The position numbers and the translations under genes are program-made. A stretch of 64,000 nucleotides of DNA from Tricharina praecox (taxonomy: Eukaryota): assembly GCF_024521635.1 (NCBI RefSeq), contig NW_026250433.1, positions 310,001 to 374,000 of the forward strand. Reading direction: 5' to 3'. The notes beneath the pieces were generated by a model that worked only from the letters and a program-made list of their open reading frames with translations, had not been told where the DNA came from and did no database searches. Every line of letters starts with the position of its first letter. Positions within the stretch are counted from its first letter, which is position 1. Below, piece after piece: positions 38,497 to 50,892 of the stretch.

Positions 38497-39524
38497 TTAC
38501 GATGGTCTTGAGACGTGGATTTTGTTGCGGAATGGACACTCTATTGTTTGTGTTGTTAGGTATATGGGTTGTGGGTATATTTGTTGTTGTTGGGTGTTTG
38601 TGTTGTCAGGTTCTGGTCGATCCAAGTGTAAAACGGGTCGCGATTCGCGAAGGGCAAGATGTGTAAAGTACTTCAGGCACGTGATCAGGCGTCACGCGTC
38701 CGCCGTAGCCGCTAGTCTAGCACGTATCGCTACTCGAGTTCCCATTGTGCTAACATGCTACACTATAGTACACAGCTGTCCTAACAAAGCAGAGAGCGCC
38801 ATGTAAATTGAATTGCATTCGAGTTGCTATTGATGTTGGAACTTGCTTGTATTTTGACATGGACGGCTGGAAGCATGAATTAATCATAAGTTCTCACTCG
38901 GCGATATTTGAAGATCGGCTGTTGAAGTTTTGGTGGTGGATATGCGTGATGATATTCGACCGAACAAGATGTCTGAGATGAAGTCTAGCTAGGTGGGCAG
39001 TATCAGACCCTTTTATAGGTACCAAGACAGCAGATCCTCAATCGTACAGAAATGAGAGCAAACAGTCGTCAGAACATGAGAGATATGAGCAAGCCACAAG
39101 TCGGCAGATGTAGGAGAAACAAACACACGACAAACAGTGAAACAAACGCGTGACAACGATACGAGCAAACGAGTGATATCCGTAAAGGATGAATCAGGCA
39201 AACATGTCACAATCAACATCGGCCTATCTTTAATGTGTAATAAGCTCGTGTGCGGAGCTAGCAGGAAAGGTCACCTATGAGGCCGCCATCGTCTATAAAG
39301 GCCGTATGCGGCAATAAACTCAATTTATCTCTCTGGTAAGCTCAGCCAGGTCTCCATAGTGTCTATATAAGCCATATGCAACAAATTGATGTTCTCTCTT
39401 CAGTAAGCTTAAACCCGCTTCGTACGATTTGTGCTGGTATCAAACGCAATATATATAGTAGATATTGGACCCTCGGCCTCTTGGAGATCTCGCCACAGCC
39501 AATTGATCTCCCGGGGCAGCTTAG

Positions 39525-40790
39525 CTACAACTTCGCCTTCCCCACCACCAGCGTAGCCCCCTCCTCCACATCCATCCAATGCCTCCCCTCCTCGAGCATG
39601 AACCACTCTTGGAGCGCCTCCCTCCCACCCTGCCCCGGGGCGAGCGCCGCTCCCGTCCACGCTTCCTCACCCGCCGGCAACGCGGGGCTCTCCTTCAGCG
39701 TCACGACAGGCGCATGTTCGAACCCCTCCTCCCGCAGCTCCTGGTAGGTCTTTACGGGGGTGACGCAGGCATCGCTCCCGTCAAAGATCCTCTCCCACTC
39801 CGCACGGTCCTTTTGCAGGAATGTCTCCGTGAAGAGCGCCTTGAGCACTGGCCAGTTGGCGCGGTCGTCGCGGTCTGGGATCGACTTGGAGGTGTGCGCG
39901 GGTAGGAGCAGTGATAGAAAGGTTGCGTAGAAATGCGGTTCTAGTGGGCCGCTGTTTCCCCCATCTATCAGTCCGGGAAGCCTGCGGCTGGAGGGGGAAA
40001 GGGGGGACTCACGCAGCCATAAACCCGCCATCCCTTGTCCTGTAGGTATCATACCACGGCACGCCGCCGTCCAGCAAATTCTCGCCCCTACCCTTCGTCC
40101 AGCCACCCCTTCCCGCCGCGGGATTTAACATGGCAAACCTCGGAAAGCTCGCCAGGTACGCACTCCCATCGACCATATTCGCCTCGACGACCTGCCCCAT
40201 CCCCGTCGCGGCTCTATGCAGCAGCGCCAGCAGCACGCCCACAAAACAGACCATCCCGCCGCCCGCAAAGTCGCCGAGGATGTTGGCGGGCGCATACGGC
40301 GTGCCGTCCTTGCGCCCCAGCATCGCTAGCGCCCCCGATACAGCGATGTAGTTGATATCGTGCCCCGCCATGGCCGCGTACCGTCCTGACCGCCGGAACC
40401 CGGCCATACGCGCGTAGATCAGCCGCGGATTCGCTGCGAGTAACACGGAGGGACCGAGACCGAGCTTTTCGAGAACTCCCGGCCGGAACGGGTCGATTAG
40501 GATGTCGCTGCGCTGCGCGAGTAGGAGGATCAAAGAGATGCCCGGGGCGGACTTGAGGTCCACGCGGAGACTGCGCTTGCGGCTCGCCAGGAGGTCGCTG
40601 CTGGCGCTGCTGCTGGGCCGGTCGATTCGTAGGACTGAGGCGCCGTAATCGGCAAGGAGCTTGCCGGCGAAGGGACTGGATATGTATGTAAGCACAGGAT
40701 TAAATGTAGCAGAATGGGATTTAACTACCCAGGCGCCAACCCGGCGAATTCGAGCACACGGAGGTTGGTGAGGGGTGGAGGAGACGTCAT
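39525..40790 (-). CDS. CoA-transferase family III / alpha-methylacyl-CoA racemase with PTS1 (-AKL), 3 exons
   Basis: [15 protein letters not shown]|(G)[83 protein letters not shown]-terminal AKL. Confidence 0.93.
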
Positions 40791-41046
40791 CGTGGTTGTG
40801 TGGTTGCGGGCCAACGGGGAGATGGGAAGAAGCAAATGTCTGGGGAAAGCTATGGAATGGGAGCTACATCCACATAACTCAGGCTGGCAGGTGACATGTG
40901 GGGAAGATACCTAGTTTACTGGGATCGATCCGAGGTCCCGAGGTTGGGTGAATATGGTGGTGCTATCGCTTAGCAGGCGAGCGTCAATAGGCAATATACC
41001 GCCAGCGATCACCGATAATGATTGATACTTGATGGAGGACTTTGAT

Positions 41047-42720
41047 CTATGGGCCTTTGGTTCTACATATGCTCTCACTTTTACATATCTCTAGCCCCTC
41101 CTTGATCTCCTCCTCGAGTACCATCCTCCTCCTCCTACTCTCCCTTTCCACCTCATCATCCACCACCTTCACCAATCCCTCCTTCAACCTCCCCCAAGCC
41201 CACCGTTCACTCTCCACCACCGCCACCCTCGCCTTCTCCCTAACCGCCTCTTGAAACTTCACTTTCTCGCTCCCCCACCTCTTCTGCAACCACATCGCGC
41301 TCCCCACGGTCCCTAGGGCCGCCACACTAAGCGCAGAGTACAAGCTCACATCCTCCGCGACCAGTAGCGCCGAGAGCGCGCCCAACTGCGCCGTCGTACC
41401 CAGCGATTTGAACAAAAACCTCTGCCCAGCCGCGTGCAGCACGGGCACCAGCTCATTCACCGCCGCCTCGCGCTGGAGGGGGATATGTGTCGGCGCGATG
41501 TTCCCATCTGACTGCACCACGTCGCCGGTGGTGGTCCGAATCTGCGCGCCCTTGTTGTATCCCGCGCCGAGCATCCGTCCGGCAAGGAATGTGGCTGCCC
41601 CCTCGGCTTCGGGCAGGAACCCGGTCTTCAGGATGTACCGTGCGATGGTCGGCACGTCGTCGATGCGGTAGGGCAGCTTGTACCAGTGCAGCTTGTTCCA
41701 CTCCTTGCTCGCGAACGCGGTTTCGATCGAGGACTTAAGCTCGAGGTGCGCGGAGTGGCTCCAGATGCCGATAGCGGCGGCAAGGGTCTCGGCCGTGTCA
41801 CTCTCCGCGGCGGGTTGTGCCGATGGCGGTGGCTCGACGAGCTCCGAGGCGAGTGAGAGACGGGCATGTGAGAGAATGTCGCGCAGGAGCGCATTGACGA
41901 CGGGCTTTACCCCGCCATCGGCCGGCGACGCAGTCCCCTCAAGCAGCCACTCCTTCACCCGCTCCACCGCCTGCCCGCTCGTCGGATCCACAACCATCAC
42001 CTTCCCCTCCTCCACCGCCTTCGCCGCTCCCGGCAGTGCCAACACCCTTAACACACCCTCGCCCTCCCCCCTCTGCACCGGGAACTCCACCAGCCTCCTA
42101 ACCCCATCCGCCCCCTCACCTGCATACAACACCGCCTTGTGCACGGGGTACTCAAACACCCTTGAGCCGGGAACATCCGCGGCCTGAAACACCGGCACGA
42201 GCGGATCGCTGCCGCAGTGCGCGGTCGCCACAAGCTCCACATCCTTCAAGAACGGCACTGGTACCGTCAGGATTGACAGCGGCGAGCCCGTGGGCGTCGT
42301 GAGTTTCGGCGCCGCTCCATGCCGGATCAACAAGCCGCGGCCGGGCTTGTCGTGGGCTGCGATCCAGGCGTGTAGATCATCCTCGGCGGCGGAGGAAGCG
42401 AGGCTGAGGAGGGAGGGGACGATGGTGGCGATGGCGCCGATCACGGCGATGCGCGTGGGTGCATCGCGCTGCTCGAGGCCGCGGAGCGCGAGCTCGATGC
42501 GCGAGGAGGGGCCGTGGCCGGTCGTCTGGAGGGTTTGCAGCGTGCGTTGGAGGCGCGTGGAGGGGTGGGTGGGTGGAAGCTGGGTGGGCGGTGGTGGCGT
42601 CTCGATTGAGCTCGTGGATTGCGAGGAGGTGTAGCGTCGTGAAGTGAATGGTCTGAAGAGTCGGTACGGACCAGGCGGTCGGCGCCGCAGGAGAAGGCGC
42701 AGTGGCTGTGGCTGCGGCAT
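41047..42720 (-). CDS. Mmc1-like mitochondrial membrane protein
   Basis: 557-aa ORF with an Arg-rich presequence-like N-terminus, the motif WS..AHLEL...WNKLHWYKLPYRIDDV, two hydrophobic C-terminal segments and WLQKRW. Confidence 0.7.
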   Translation of the reverse strand: MPQPQPLRLLLRRRPPGPYRLFRPFTSRRYTSSQSTSSIETPPPPTQLPPTHPSTRLQRTLQTLQTTGHGPSSRIELALRGLEQRDAPTRIAVIGAIATIVPSLLSLASSAAEDDLHAWIAAHDKPGRGLLIRHGAAPKLTTPTGSPLSILTVPVPFLKDVELVATAHCGSDPLVPVFQAADVPGSRVFEYPVHKAVLYAGEGADGVRRLVEFPVQRGEGEGVLRVLALPGAAKAVEEGKVMVVDPTSGQAVERVKEWLLEGTASPADGGVKPVVNALLRDILSHARLSLASELVEPPPSAQPAAESDTAETLAAAIGIWSHSAHLELKSSIETAFASKEWNKLHWYKLPYRIDDVPTIARYILKTGFLPEAEGAATFLAGRMLGAGYNKGAQIRTTTGDVVQSDGNIAPTHIPLQREAAVNELVPVLHAAGQRFLFKSLGTTAQLGALSALLVAEDVSLYSALSVAALGTVGSAMWLQKRWGSEKVKFQEAVREKARVAVVESERWAWGRLKEGLVKVVDDEVERESRRRRMVLEEEIKEGLEICKSESICRTKGP

Positions 42721-43057
42721 TGAGGTGGGGGAAATATGGGATGACGGGTTTCGCGCTTAGCGATGCACGCTTCGGGATCATCGGCGAGCACTCGGGTTTA
42801 GTAGTATGTAAGCTCGTCTGAGTATGATATCAGGAAGTAATTTCTATCATCACGGCAATTACCGTACGTCTTATCATTATCAGTATGTGTACCCCCATCA
42901 TTTCATCTATGTGCCCCCCAAATTCCACGCAACAAACTAAAAGTTCCAAAGAAAACTAAATCCAAGCAAATGACTACAAAGTAGAGATCAAAGAAAATAC
43001 CCCCCCCCCTCCCCCCTCTTTTAGAACAGTAAAGCAACAGACAAAACAACCAATATT

Positions 43058-46000
43058 CTACATGCGACTTCCCACAGTCCCGGCCCTCCCGCGTCTCGTC
43101 GTCCCCTCCGCCTCTCTCGTGCGTTCATAGTAGTCCTCTCCGTCCTCCTCATCGTCACTCTCGCCACTGACCTCGCCCTCCTCATGATCATCCGTGCGTC
43201 TCCTCTCGTAATCCTGCAAATGTGCCTGATTGACCGTTCTTCCGACCCGTGTGATAGTGCGGACCATGGGACTGGGCGGCGGCGCGTTGTTGCGCGAGGA
43301 GCGGCGGCGGAGGGTATCGGTGCGCTCGAGATCGAGTTCCGAGGGTGCATTGGTGATGTCGATGGGTTCGGTTTCCTCTTCGGTCGTGGATGATGGGGTC
43401 TCGCTGGGGAAGCGGTAGGGGAGCGGGAGGGTGCGGTAGGCGCGGTTTGCGCCGACGTTGCCGACATGCTCGTTCTCCATGCGGAAGAAACACCACATGA
43501 ATCGTCGCAGGACTTCGGCGGCGGCCAGCATGAAGGACATCAGTGCTGAGTGCTGCAGCTGGTGCGCGTACACGATGTAGAAAAACCACGTGCACCGCAG
43601 GATCGGATCCACAAACATGGCTAAGTAGTAAGGCCATGCTTTTTTGAATCCGAGGTTCTTGCGGAGGAAGGGCTGCTTCGCATATGGGTCCAGAAGTGAC
43701 CAATCCATACCGACATCCCATACGGTGGTGTAGATGGAATTCACACTGGCAATCGCAATAAACGCCGCCTTGAAGCTTTGGTTGGATTTATCGATACGCC
43801 AGATGCTGAGGGTCATGTAGTAGCAGACGGTGAAGAGGTACTTTCCGCCGTTGACCAGATGCGGGAACCACATCTTCGAGTTCTTGTAACGCCTGACGCA
43901 CTGGAGGAAACGCCAGATTCCGGGGAGAGCGGTGAAGAATCCCATCAGGCGAGAGTGGTTGGAGTTGCATTGCGCCGGGTTATCCCACCTATTGCTGTAA
44001 AGACAGAAGAAGAGTGAGATATTCTACACCGGATAGTTAGTCGTGAATTAGGTGACTGGAAGGTCAAACTAACCCCTAGCGCATAGGTTTGCGAACACAG
44101 CATGTCGCCCATCCAGAAATCCTTGAACTCGACCGGGTAGAATCCGGAGAAGAATAGTCGCCAAAGCACGCCCAAGAACCACAGCCTCGAGTGATAATAG
44201 CACACTTGGAAAGGATTGAACAGGAGGGCACCAGCGATGCAAGCGAAAATCGCTGGCCAGTAGATCATGTCCATGCGGCCATTCCAGAAATCGTGGCAGC
44301 TGAACCAGAAGCATACAGAGAAGATGGCACTCAGTAAAGCGGGGAACTACATCGAATAATTAGCATCAGCCCAAACAATTTACACCCATAGAACAAACCT
44401 CCAGAAACTGTCTATAGTTCAGCTGATGTCGGGAGTCAAACTCGAAGATGAAGGCGTAGTTGATCTTGTTGCGAGTCCAAACTCGTAGATTGATGGCGAA
44501 CAGTAACGTCTGGCCGAGTAGCAAAACAACACCACCCCATATCTGCCACACCGTCAGCTTTGACCCAACCGGTAACGCGCGAACGAAAACATACTTGTAA
44601 GAGATAGCTCGTCCGCAAAGCTCGCTCCGGCTGATTCTTATCGTAAAGCAGGATCATCGCATTATACAGCCCATATACACCAATAACCAACGCACATCCA
44701 AGGTAAAATCCCGTCATCCACACGGCTCTATAGTACACCGTCTTACTCTCCCTCGATCTTAACCTCGCCGACGCTTCCTTCCTATTACCCCTCTCGAAGA
44801 ACCGCGCAAACAACACCTCGGTGTCATTGAGCATATCGTCCAGGTCGTTATCGGCGCCTCCAAATTTACTCTTGTCGACGTATGCCGTCATGAACCGATG
44901 CGACGTCCTCAATCCGCTGGCTTTGTCGAACTTCTTGGTGATCTTGCGGAAACACTCTCGGTTGACCGTGACGTAAGACTTCAACATCTCGAGTCCGTGG
45001 TAATACTCGATGTACGCCCGCTTGAGCTTGCGCTTCGCGACTCTGTGGGCGGGATTGTTGAGCGGTTTGCGAGTCGGCACGGGCAGGTGACGGACGTAAT
45101 CCCTTGTCCCCTCGTGGCCATGATGCATGACCGCCGTATTGACCTGCGCGATGGTTGGATGCGGTCGAGTGAGGCCATTCATAGCTTCGGCGAATGTCTT
45201 CCATCCCACCCTCTTCTTCGGGCCAATGGTGGTATCCACCGAAGCGGAGTCATAAGCCTCGAGTCCGGAGGTGGCCTCATCATCGCCCACGTCCTCAACG
45301 TCGTCCTCCTCGAATGGGATGTTATGCTTCGCCTTGAACCAGCGCTCTCGCATCGTATCCAGCTGCTCGCGCATGTCGTCGAAGCGCTGCGACGATTCCA
45401 TTTCTCGCTTGATGTAGAAATCCTCACACTTCTTAAGTTGTCCGAGGAGCCAGCTCAGAAATTCCTTCTCAGCAGTCGCTTGCACCTCCTCGATCGTGGG
45501 CTCATCGCTACACGGCGGCACCACCGGCGTCCTCCCCAACGTGAAGATGCGCTTCAGCAACGGCGGATTCGCCGCCATCATAGACCCCTTCGACTCGGAC
45601 CTCGCAAGCACCGGCCGACCCGCCTCCACACTCGGCCCCGTAACCGGCGCACTCTTGACTAGTATCGCAGACGGACCGCGGGAAATTCCCTCGCCATCAT
45701 AAGTGCCGGGGGGACCAAACGGCTGAATGGGATCGGGCAGCTGCAGCGACGGTGGTTTCGGCGGGCGCATATGGTTCTCATCCGCAACCTTGGGTAGCGA
45801 AAAGCTAGGAGAGAACCCGGAGGACCCATAGTTTACCGACGGTCTCCTAGCAGGGGCGGCGATGGAGCTGGCGGCAGTTTGCGGGCGTTGCACGGGCGTC
45901 GGCTGTAGTGGTGATCGCTCCTGGAACGTCACTGGAGGGGGAACCTCAGGTTCGGCTTCGGCGCCGGGGCTTCGTGGCGTCCGCTCCAAATTCGGCGAGC

Positions 46001-46422
46001 GCGACATCAAACTTGTCGATCTGCGCAGGATCGAGAGGCCTCGCACACGCCCGATCGGTGTGGTTCCGCCCGATTTTGGTTCGCCGCCGCCGCCGACGCC
46101 GCCGGTGCCACTGACGCGCGATGCGGTGCGCCGCAGTGAGGTGAGCGCTGGTGATGGTGTTGCATTCCGGAGGTTGTTTGTTGTCGCTTTGATGCGTTTT
46201 TTCCCAACCTGTTCGGCATGTCGTCAGAGGTGGTACATACATCGAGCGGTACGGGAGCTTAGCAAAGTGCGACGAACCTTGTATTCGACGTACTGCGTCC
46301 GCCACTCCGGGACCATAAGGTCTTCGAGGGTCCTATCGTATCACACAGCACCGAGTCAGTCATCAGGATGGTCGCTGCAGGCAGGGGAAGCAATCTAGGC
46401 GAACTGACTTGGCGAACTTCAT
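43058..46422 (-). CDS. SYG1: SPX-EXS protein (Syg1/XPR1/PHO1 family phosphate exporter), multi-exon
   Basis: MKFAK|...LMVPEWRTQYVEYK; split SPX EYYHGLEMLKSYVTVNRECFRKITKKFDK; EXS INYAFIFEFD, VEFKDFWMGD, WRFLQCVRRY, PHLVNGGKY, WDVGMDW, EVLRRFMWCFFRMENEH. Confidence 0.95.
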
Positions 46423-47536
46423 CGCGGACTACTAACTAGTAGGCGGGCAAGATGTGGCGGTGGGAGAGTGAGCGGTGGTGGCGGCGGCGGCGACAGACAG
46501 ACAGATAGCGTCCAAGAAAACGCGTTCGGCCGGGTCGAAACACGAAGATCGATCTTGTTCTTCGTCTGCTCCGCCGAGAACAAAACCCCTTTATCAGCAA
46601 CAATGGCGGCGCGCGGCGGTGGGTGGGACGGGATGGGAGGGGAAGAAGCGGAGGTTCATGGGGCAGCTTGCTCCAATTCTGGGCCTCGTGGGTGATATTC
46701 GACGGAAGTGGAACCCCTGCGGCAGATCGGTACATTGAGAGTGTGCTTGCCTCACGGCGTCAGCGAGAATTGTTCGAATACAGTAGATGCTCGTGTGCTC
46801 GCACATCCGAGGGAGGCGCGGACTGGATGTCATCCACCACACCACAACAGGGGTGGAAAGGGGGCCGGGAGGGATGGGCTTTCGACATCGTCAGATGACT
46901 GGCTGTGGTGGCGGCAAGATGCTTGATTTTGAATCGTGATTAATGCCGCTGGAATCTGGATAGAGTGCGGTACATGGCACTTGGGCAGTGGGCACTTGAG
47001 CTCGATTGCGGAGCCAGTAACGAACGGGCACCCGCCACTCGCCTCGCCTGCGCCCGCGGAGTACCTTGCCGAAGGGCTCTACGCGCAACGATAGGTGCGA
47101 TGTCCATTTCTTTCGGTGTATCATTAATTGCATGCGAGCTATCATCATGGCAATACACACGCACGATTCGATATCCAGCGAGAAGCATATGCGGAAGGGT
47201 GACCCAATAACAGTGATGCTCCGAGTCAGGGCACAAATCTTCAGCTCCTCGAGATCAGGAATCCTCGTCCATTCGTCGCCATCAGCACTAGCCCGCCGAC
47301 ATCCGTTTCTTCTCCTCCTCCATCCAACTAAATAATCGATAATGATAAAAAGCGCATATAAACAAACGAATGCAAACACCCCAACCATTTCCGCTCCCAC
47401 GCCAAAGTCTACAGTAATACACCCAAATCCAAATCCAAACCCAAATGTCATATGCCTCGTGTTCCGGTCCGGTCCCGTCAGTTCGTGACGACCATACATA
47501 CATACAACGGTCGACGGCGGCTGTGCCCGCATTCGA

Positions 47537-49172
47537 CTAATCCCGGCGCCGCTTACCATCCATCCCCAACTCCTCGACTTTCATATCCTTCCACCTGATG
47601 CGATAGAGCCCTCCTCTCCAACTGATCGGGCCGGGCCACAGCGCACTCAGCCAGACGGGGAAGGCGAAAGCCTCTCGTCCGATCCACTGGAGCAGCCACT
47701 CCATCGCACTCCTTCCCTTATGCCGCGCGATGAAATCTGGCGTGTGGTCGTCGACCGGCACCGACTTGTGGGCGTGCAGGAAGTTGAACAGCACACGGTC
47801 CATGAGCCCCCACGCTGCCATGCTCATGATCCAGAAGCCCCAGAAGCTCATCCACGAGGAGCCCACACGGCTCGCCAAGGAGGGGATGGAGGTTACTGCG
47901 TAACCCCCGATGAGCGAGCAGGTGACGGACTCCGTGAGACTCTCGACGAACGTTGCAGGGAGGTTTGCATATTTCCTGACTCTAATCCAGCGCATCCGTC
48001 GCGCAAGGTAATCGCGCACGGGCATGTCCTCGAGCGGCTGGAAGACCAGATCGGTGCCCATCCCGTGGCGGCGCCATTTCCGCTTGCCCGAGACTTCCTC
48101 GTCCAGAGGGGTCAGGAAGAGCTTCTCGGATATCAGGTGGTCCTCGCAGATGTAGTCGGAGAAGTACATCAACCCGTCCTTGTCGCCTCCGTCGCGGGTG
48201 ACCTCGGCGAGATGGCTGCGCCGGAACATCTCCGATTTCCCCACCACGCAGGATGCGACGGAGAGTGTATTGATGGCGCAGTAGAACTTCGCGTGCGAGC
48301 TCGACAGGAAGTTCTCCTCGAGTCTGCCACCGCCATAGGCCAGCACACCCGATAACCAGTTCTTTTCCGCCCCCGGCGTGACCGAGCTCCTTCGCAGCAA
48401 CGAGCTGGACGACTCCTCGGTTGACGGTGTCCTCGGCGAGTGATCGGGCGTATACGAGCGGACATCGGAAACATCTACAGCAATCGGCAGATGATGCACC
48501 AGCTTGTAACCCGTCTGACTCCTCGTTCCCTCGAGCAATTCCACACTCCGTCTCAACGTACCGGGGTTAACCCAGATGTTGCAGTCAAGGATCCACACGA
48601 TATCCCCCGTCGCCTCACGGTACGCCTTGTTGAGATTCCTAATCTTCGGGTTCGGACCCACGTCCTCCTCGCCGATCTGAAGCCGCGCGTTGACGTTGGG
48701 GTGCTGCTCGAGGACGTGGTTGATCACTGGAATCGCGGTGTCCTGCGGCGTCGCGACGCAGAAGACGAGTTCGAACCTGGACTGCGGGTAGTCCTGGAGA
48801 CATGTCGACGCGAGGCACAGGTCGAGGTTCGGGTCGTAGCCTTTGATCGGGCGGAGGATCGTTACGAAGGGGACATCGTTTTCTGACACCGGTGGTGACG
48901 GAGGTGGGGGCTTGTTGTAGGTTCGGAATCTGCGGAACCCGGAATTGTTAGTCCACAATGCCAACACAACATCTAGGCTTCGATCGAAGGGTTGCTTCCG
49001 GGAGAACCTACATCCGAGAATATCCAATAGCACAGACCACCCAGTTAAAAATGTACCAGCCGAGCGCGACGCACCCCAGAACGAGGTGCACCGACCACGC
49101 AGACTGGCCCGAGGCGTCCGGGCCGACGTCGGGCTCACCGGAGACGGGAATCGCAGAGGCAAAAGCGGGCAT
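47537..49172 (-). CDS. HSX11: Ceramide glucosyltransferase (glucosylceramide synthase, GT21), 2 exons; in-frame upstream ATGs exist up to 49346
   Basis: N-terminal TM segment, VTILRPIKG.D, VGPNPKIRNL, WILDCN, CVVGKSEMFR, ICEDHLI, RRMRWIRVRKY, WIGRE, ISWRGGLY. Confidence 0.93.
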
Positions 49173-49694
49173 TGTCTGATGCAGGGGAAATACGATTCCT
49201 TCCCGACATAGACCAGCCTCGACGAGGTATGATATCGAGTATGGCACTAAACCGTGGGCAAGAGAGGATATATGGGTGGTGGTGGAGGAGGTGGTTGGGG
49301 GAATGCAAGCGAGTTTTATGTCCATGAAGTCGAAACGCCCATCCATCGACTGTGCCGTTGTGTCCGTCTGCAGCGGGATTCTGGATATCCGTTCGGATTT
49401 GCGGCAGGACGGGGTTGTGTGGCTGGCCGGTAAGGAGAAGGCCACGCCGTGCAGCTGGCCAATTTATTCGTCGTTTGGGACACGGATCCAATTAAGGTAG
49501 AATGGCCAGGGGCTGTGGATCGGAACATGCCGAGTGATGCAATGGCCAACGCCGGGAGGTAGTTATGCGGCTCTGCGCGGAGTGGTGGTGAGGAAGCTCC
49601 AGCCGAACCAGACGGGTGCAGGCATAGCAAACCACCCCGCTACACACCGGTATCAGAGCTTCATCAACCAAAACCCCCACCATCACCTCACAAA

Positions 49695-50569
49695 ATGCAT
49701 CTCACAATCATCAGGACGTCTCCAGACGTGGAGTCGTACACCGCGCTGTCGACCTTCCAGTCCGAGACTCCAGCTTCGTTCTCGACGCCCGTTCTCCACC
49801 ATCTCCAAGCCGACTGCAAGGTCCTCGTATCCAACGACCAGGCCTCGCTGATCCCGATATTCGGTGCGAAAACCGCTGGCGACGATGTTGGCGAGCTTTC
49901 CGTGGAGGGGATTGACCTCTGGGTGACCAACGAGTACGCATCCTCCTCCTCCTCCTCAATTCCACCCACCGAGCTAACGCGACCTCTCTACTCTCCAGGA
50001 ACCTAATCCTCTTCAACAAGCCCCTCTCCGTCGGCGCAGTGATCCCCTACCTCTCGCTCACGCTGCACGCGATCCAGCGCGTTCACTCCGACACCGGACT
50101 GTACATGCAGATCTCTCTGACGCCGGACATCTCGCACACGTCCAACAGCGACGAGCACGACGACGACGAGCTGCTCGAGCTGACGCTGATCCCGCGGGCG
50201 TCCGGCAACGGCGACGGCGACATCTCACAGAAGGACATTGCGGACACGATCTTCAAGGAGCTGAGTGTGTGCACGAGCCTGCACTCGGCGGCGTCGACCT
50301 CCGACGACGGCGACGACGAGGACCGCATCATCTTCGAGGGTGAGGGTGACGGCGATGAGCCCAGGCTGGAGGGATTCCCTGGAGAGGGAGGCTGGATCAC
50401 CGCGGAGAATGTCGACCAGTTCAGGTTCGAGGATGCTGATGAGTTGACTACCATTCTTGGCCCCGGCGCGGGGAGTATACGGCGGAGGGAGGAGGGCGAG
50501 GATGTCGATGATGCCGTCACGGACGATGCGAAAGCCGTGGATGAGGCGAAGTGGCGGCGGACCGAATAA
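49695..50569 (+). CDS. LOT5: ICln/Lot5 (Voldacs) family protein, 2 exons
   Basis: FQSETPASF...PVLHH, IDLWVTN, IPYLSLTLHAIQR, LYMQI, LELTLIP, IFKELSVCTSLH, acidic tract, GGWITAENV. Confidence 0.85.
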
Positions 50570-50892
50570 GGCAGGCGTGCACGAGTTGGATTCGGAACTG
50601 AGCCTTCAAATCTGCGAGGGGAGAAACGCAATAATGTTCGACTAGGAGCATAATGTATATTACTTGGTAGGAAGTTCTGATATGTAGGTAGGGGCAAAAG
50701 TTTTGAAATCATCCGCAGAAATTAAAGGGCTTCTTATTACAAGAGTATGATTACACGAAAGGGGACTGCATGATGTATCAAGCTATCAAGCGCGCGGAAT
50801 CGATATGGCAACCTGCAACATCCACAAGAAACCCAGTTCTCCCCGCAGCCCCCATCGAACAGAATGAAGAGAAGCGGTCCATTACATTTCCC

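Noticed and set aside
38946..38976. GTGATGA...CTGA as a second C/D snoRNA (similar motif at 26986-27057)
   Set aside because: No terminal stem and no rRNA complementarity that I could recognise; spacing at 38946 is too short.
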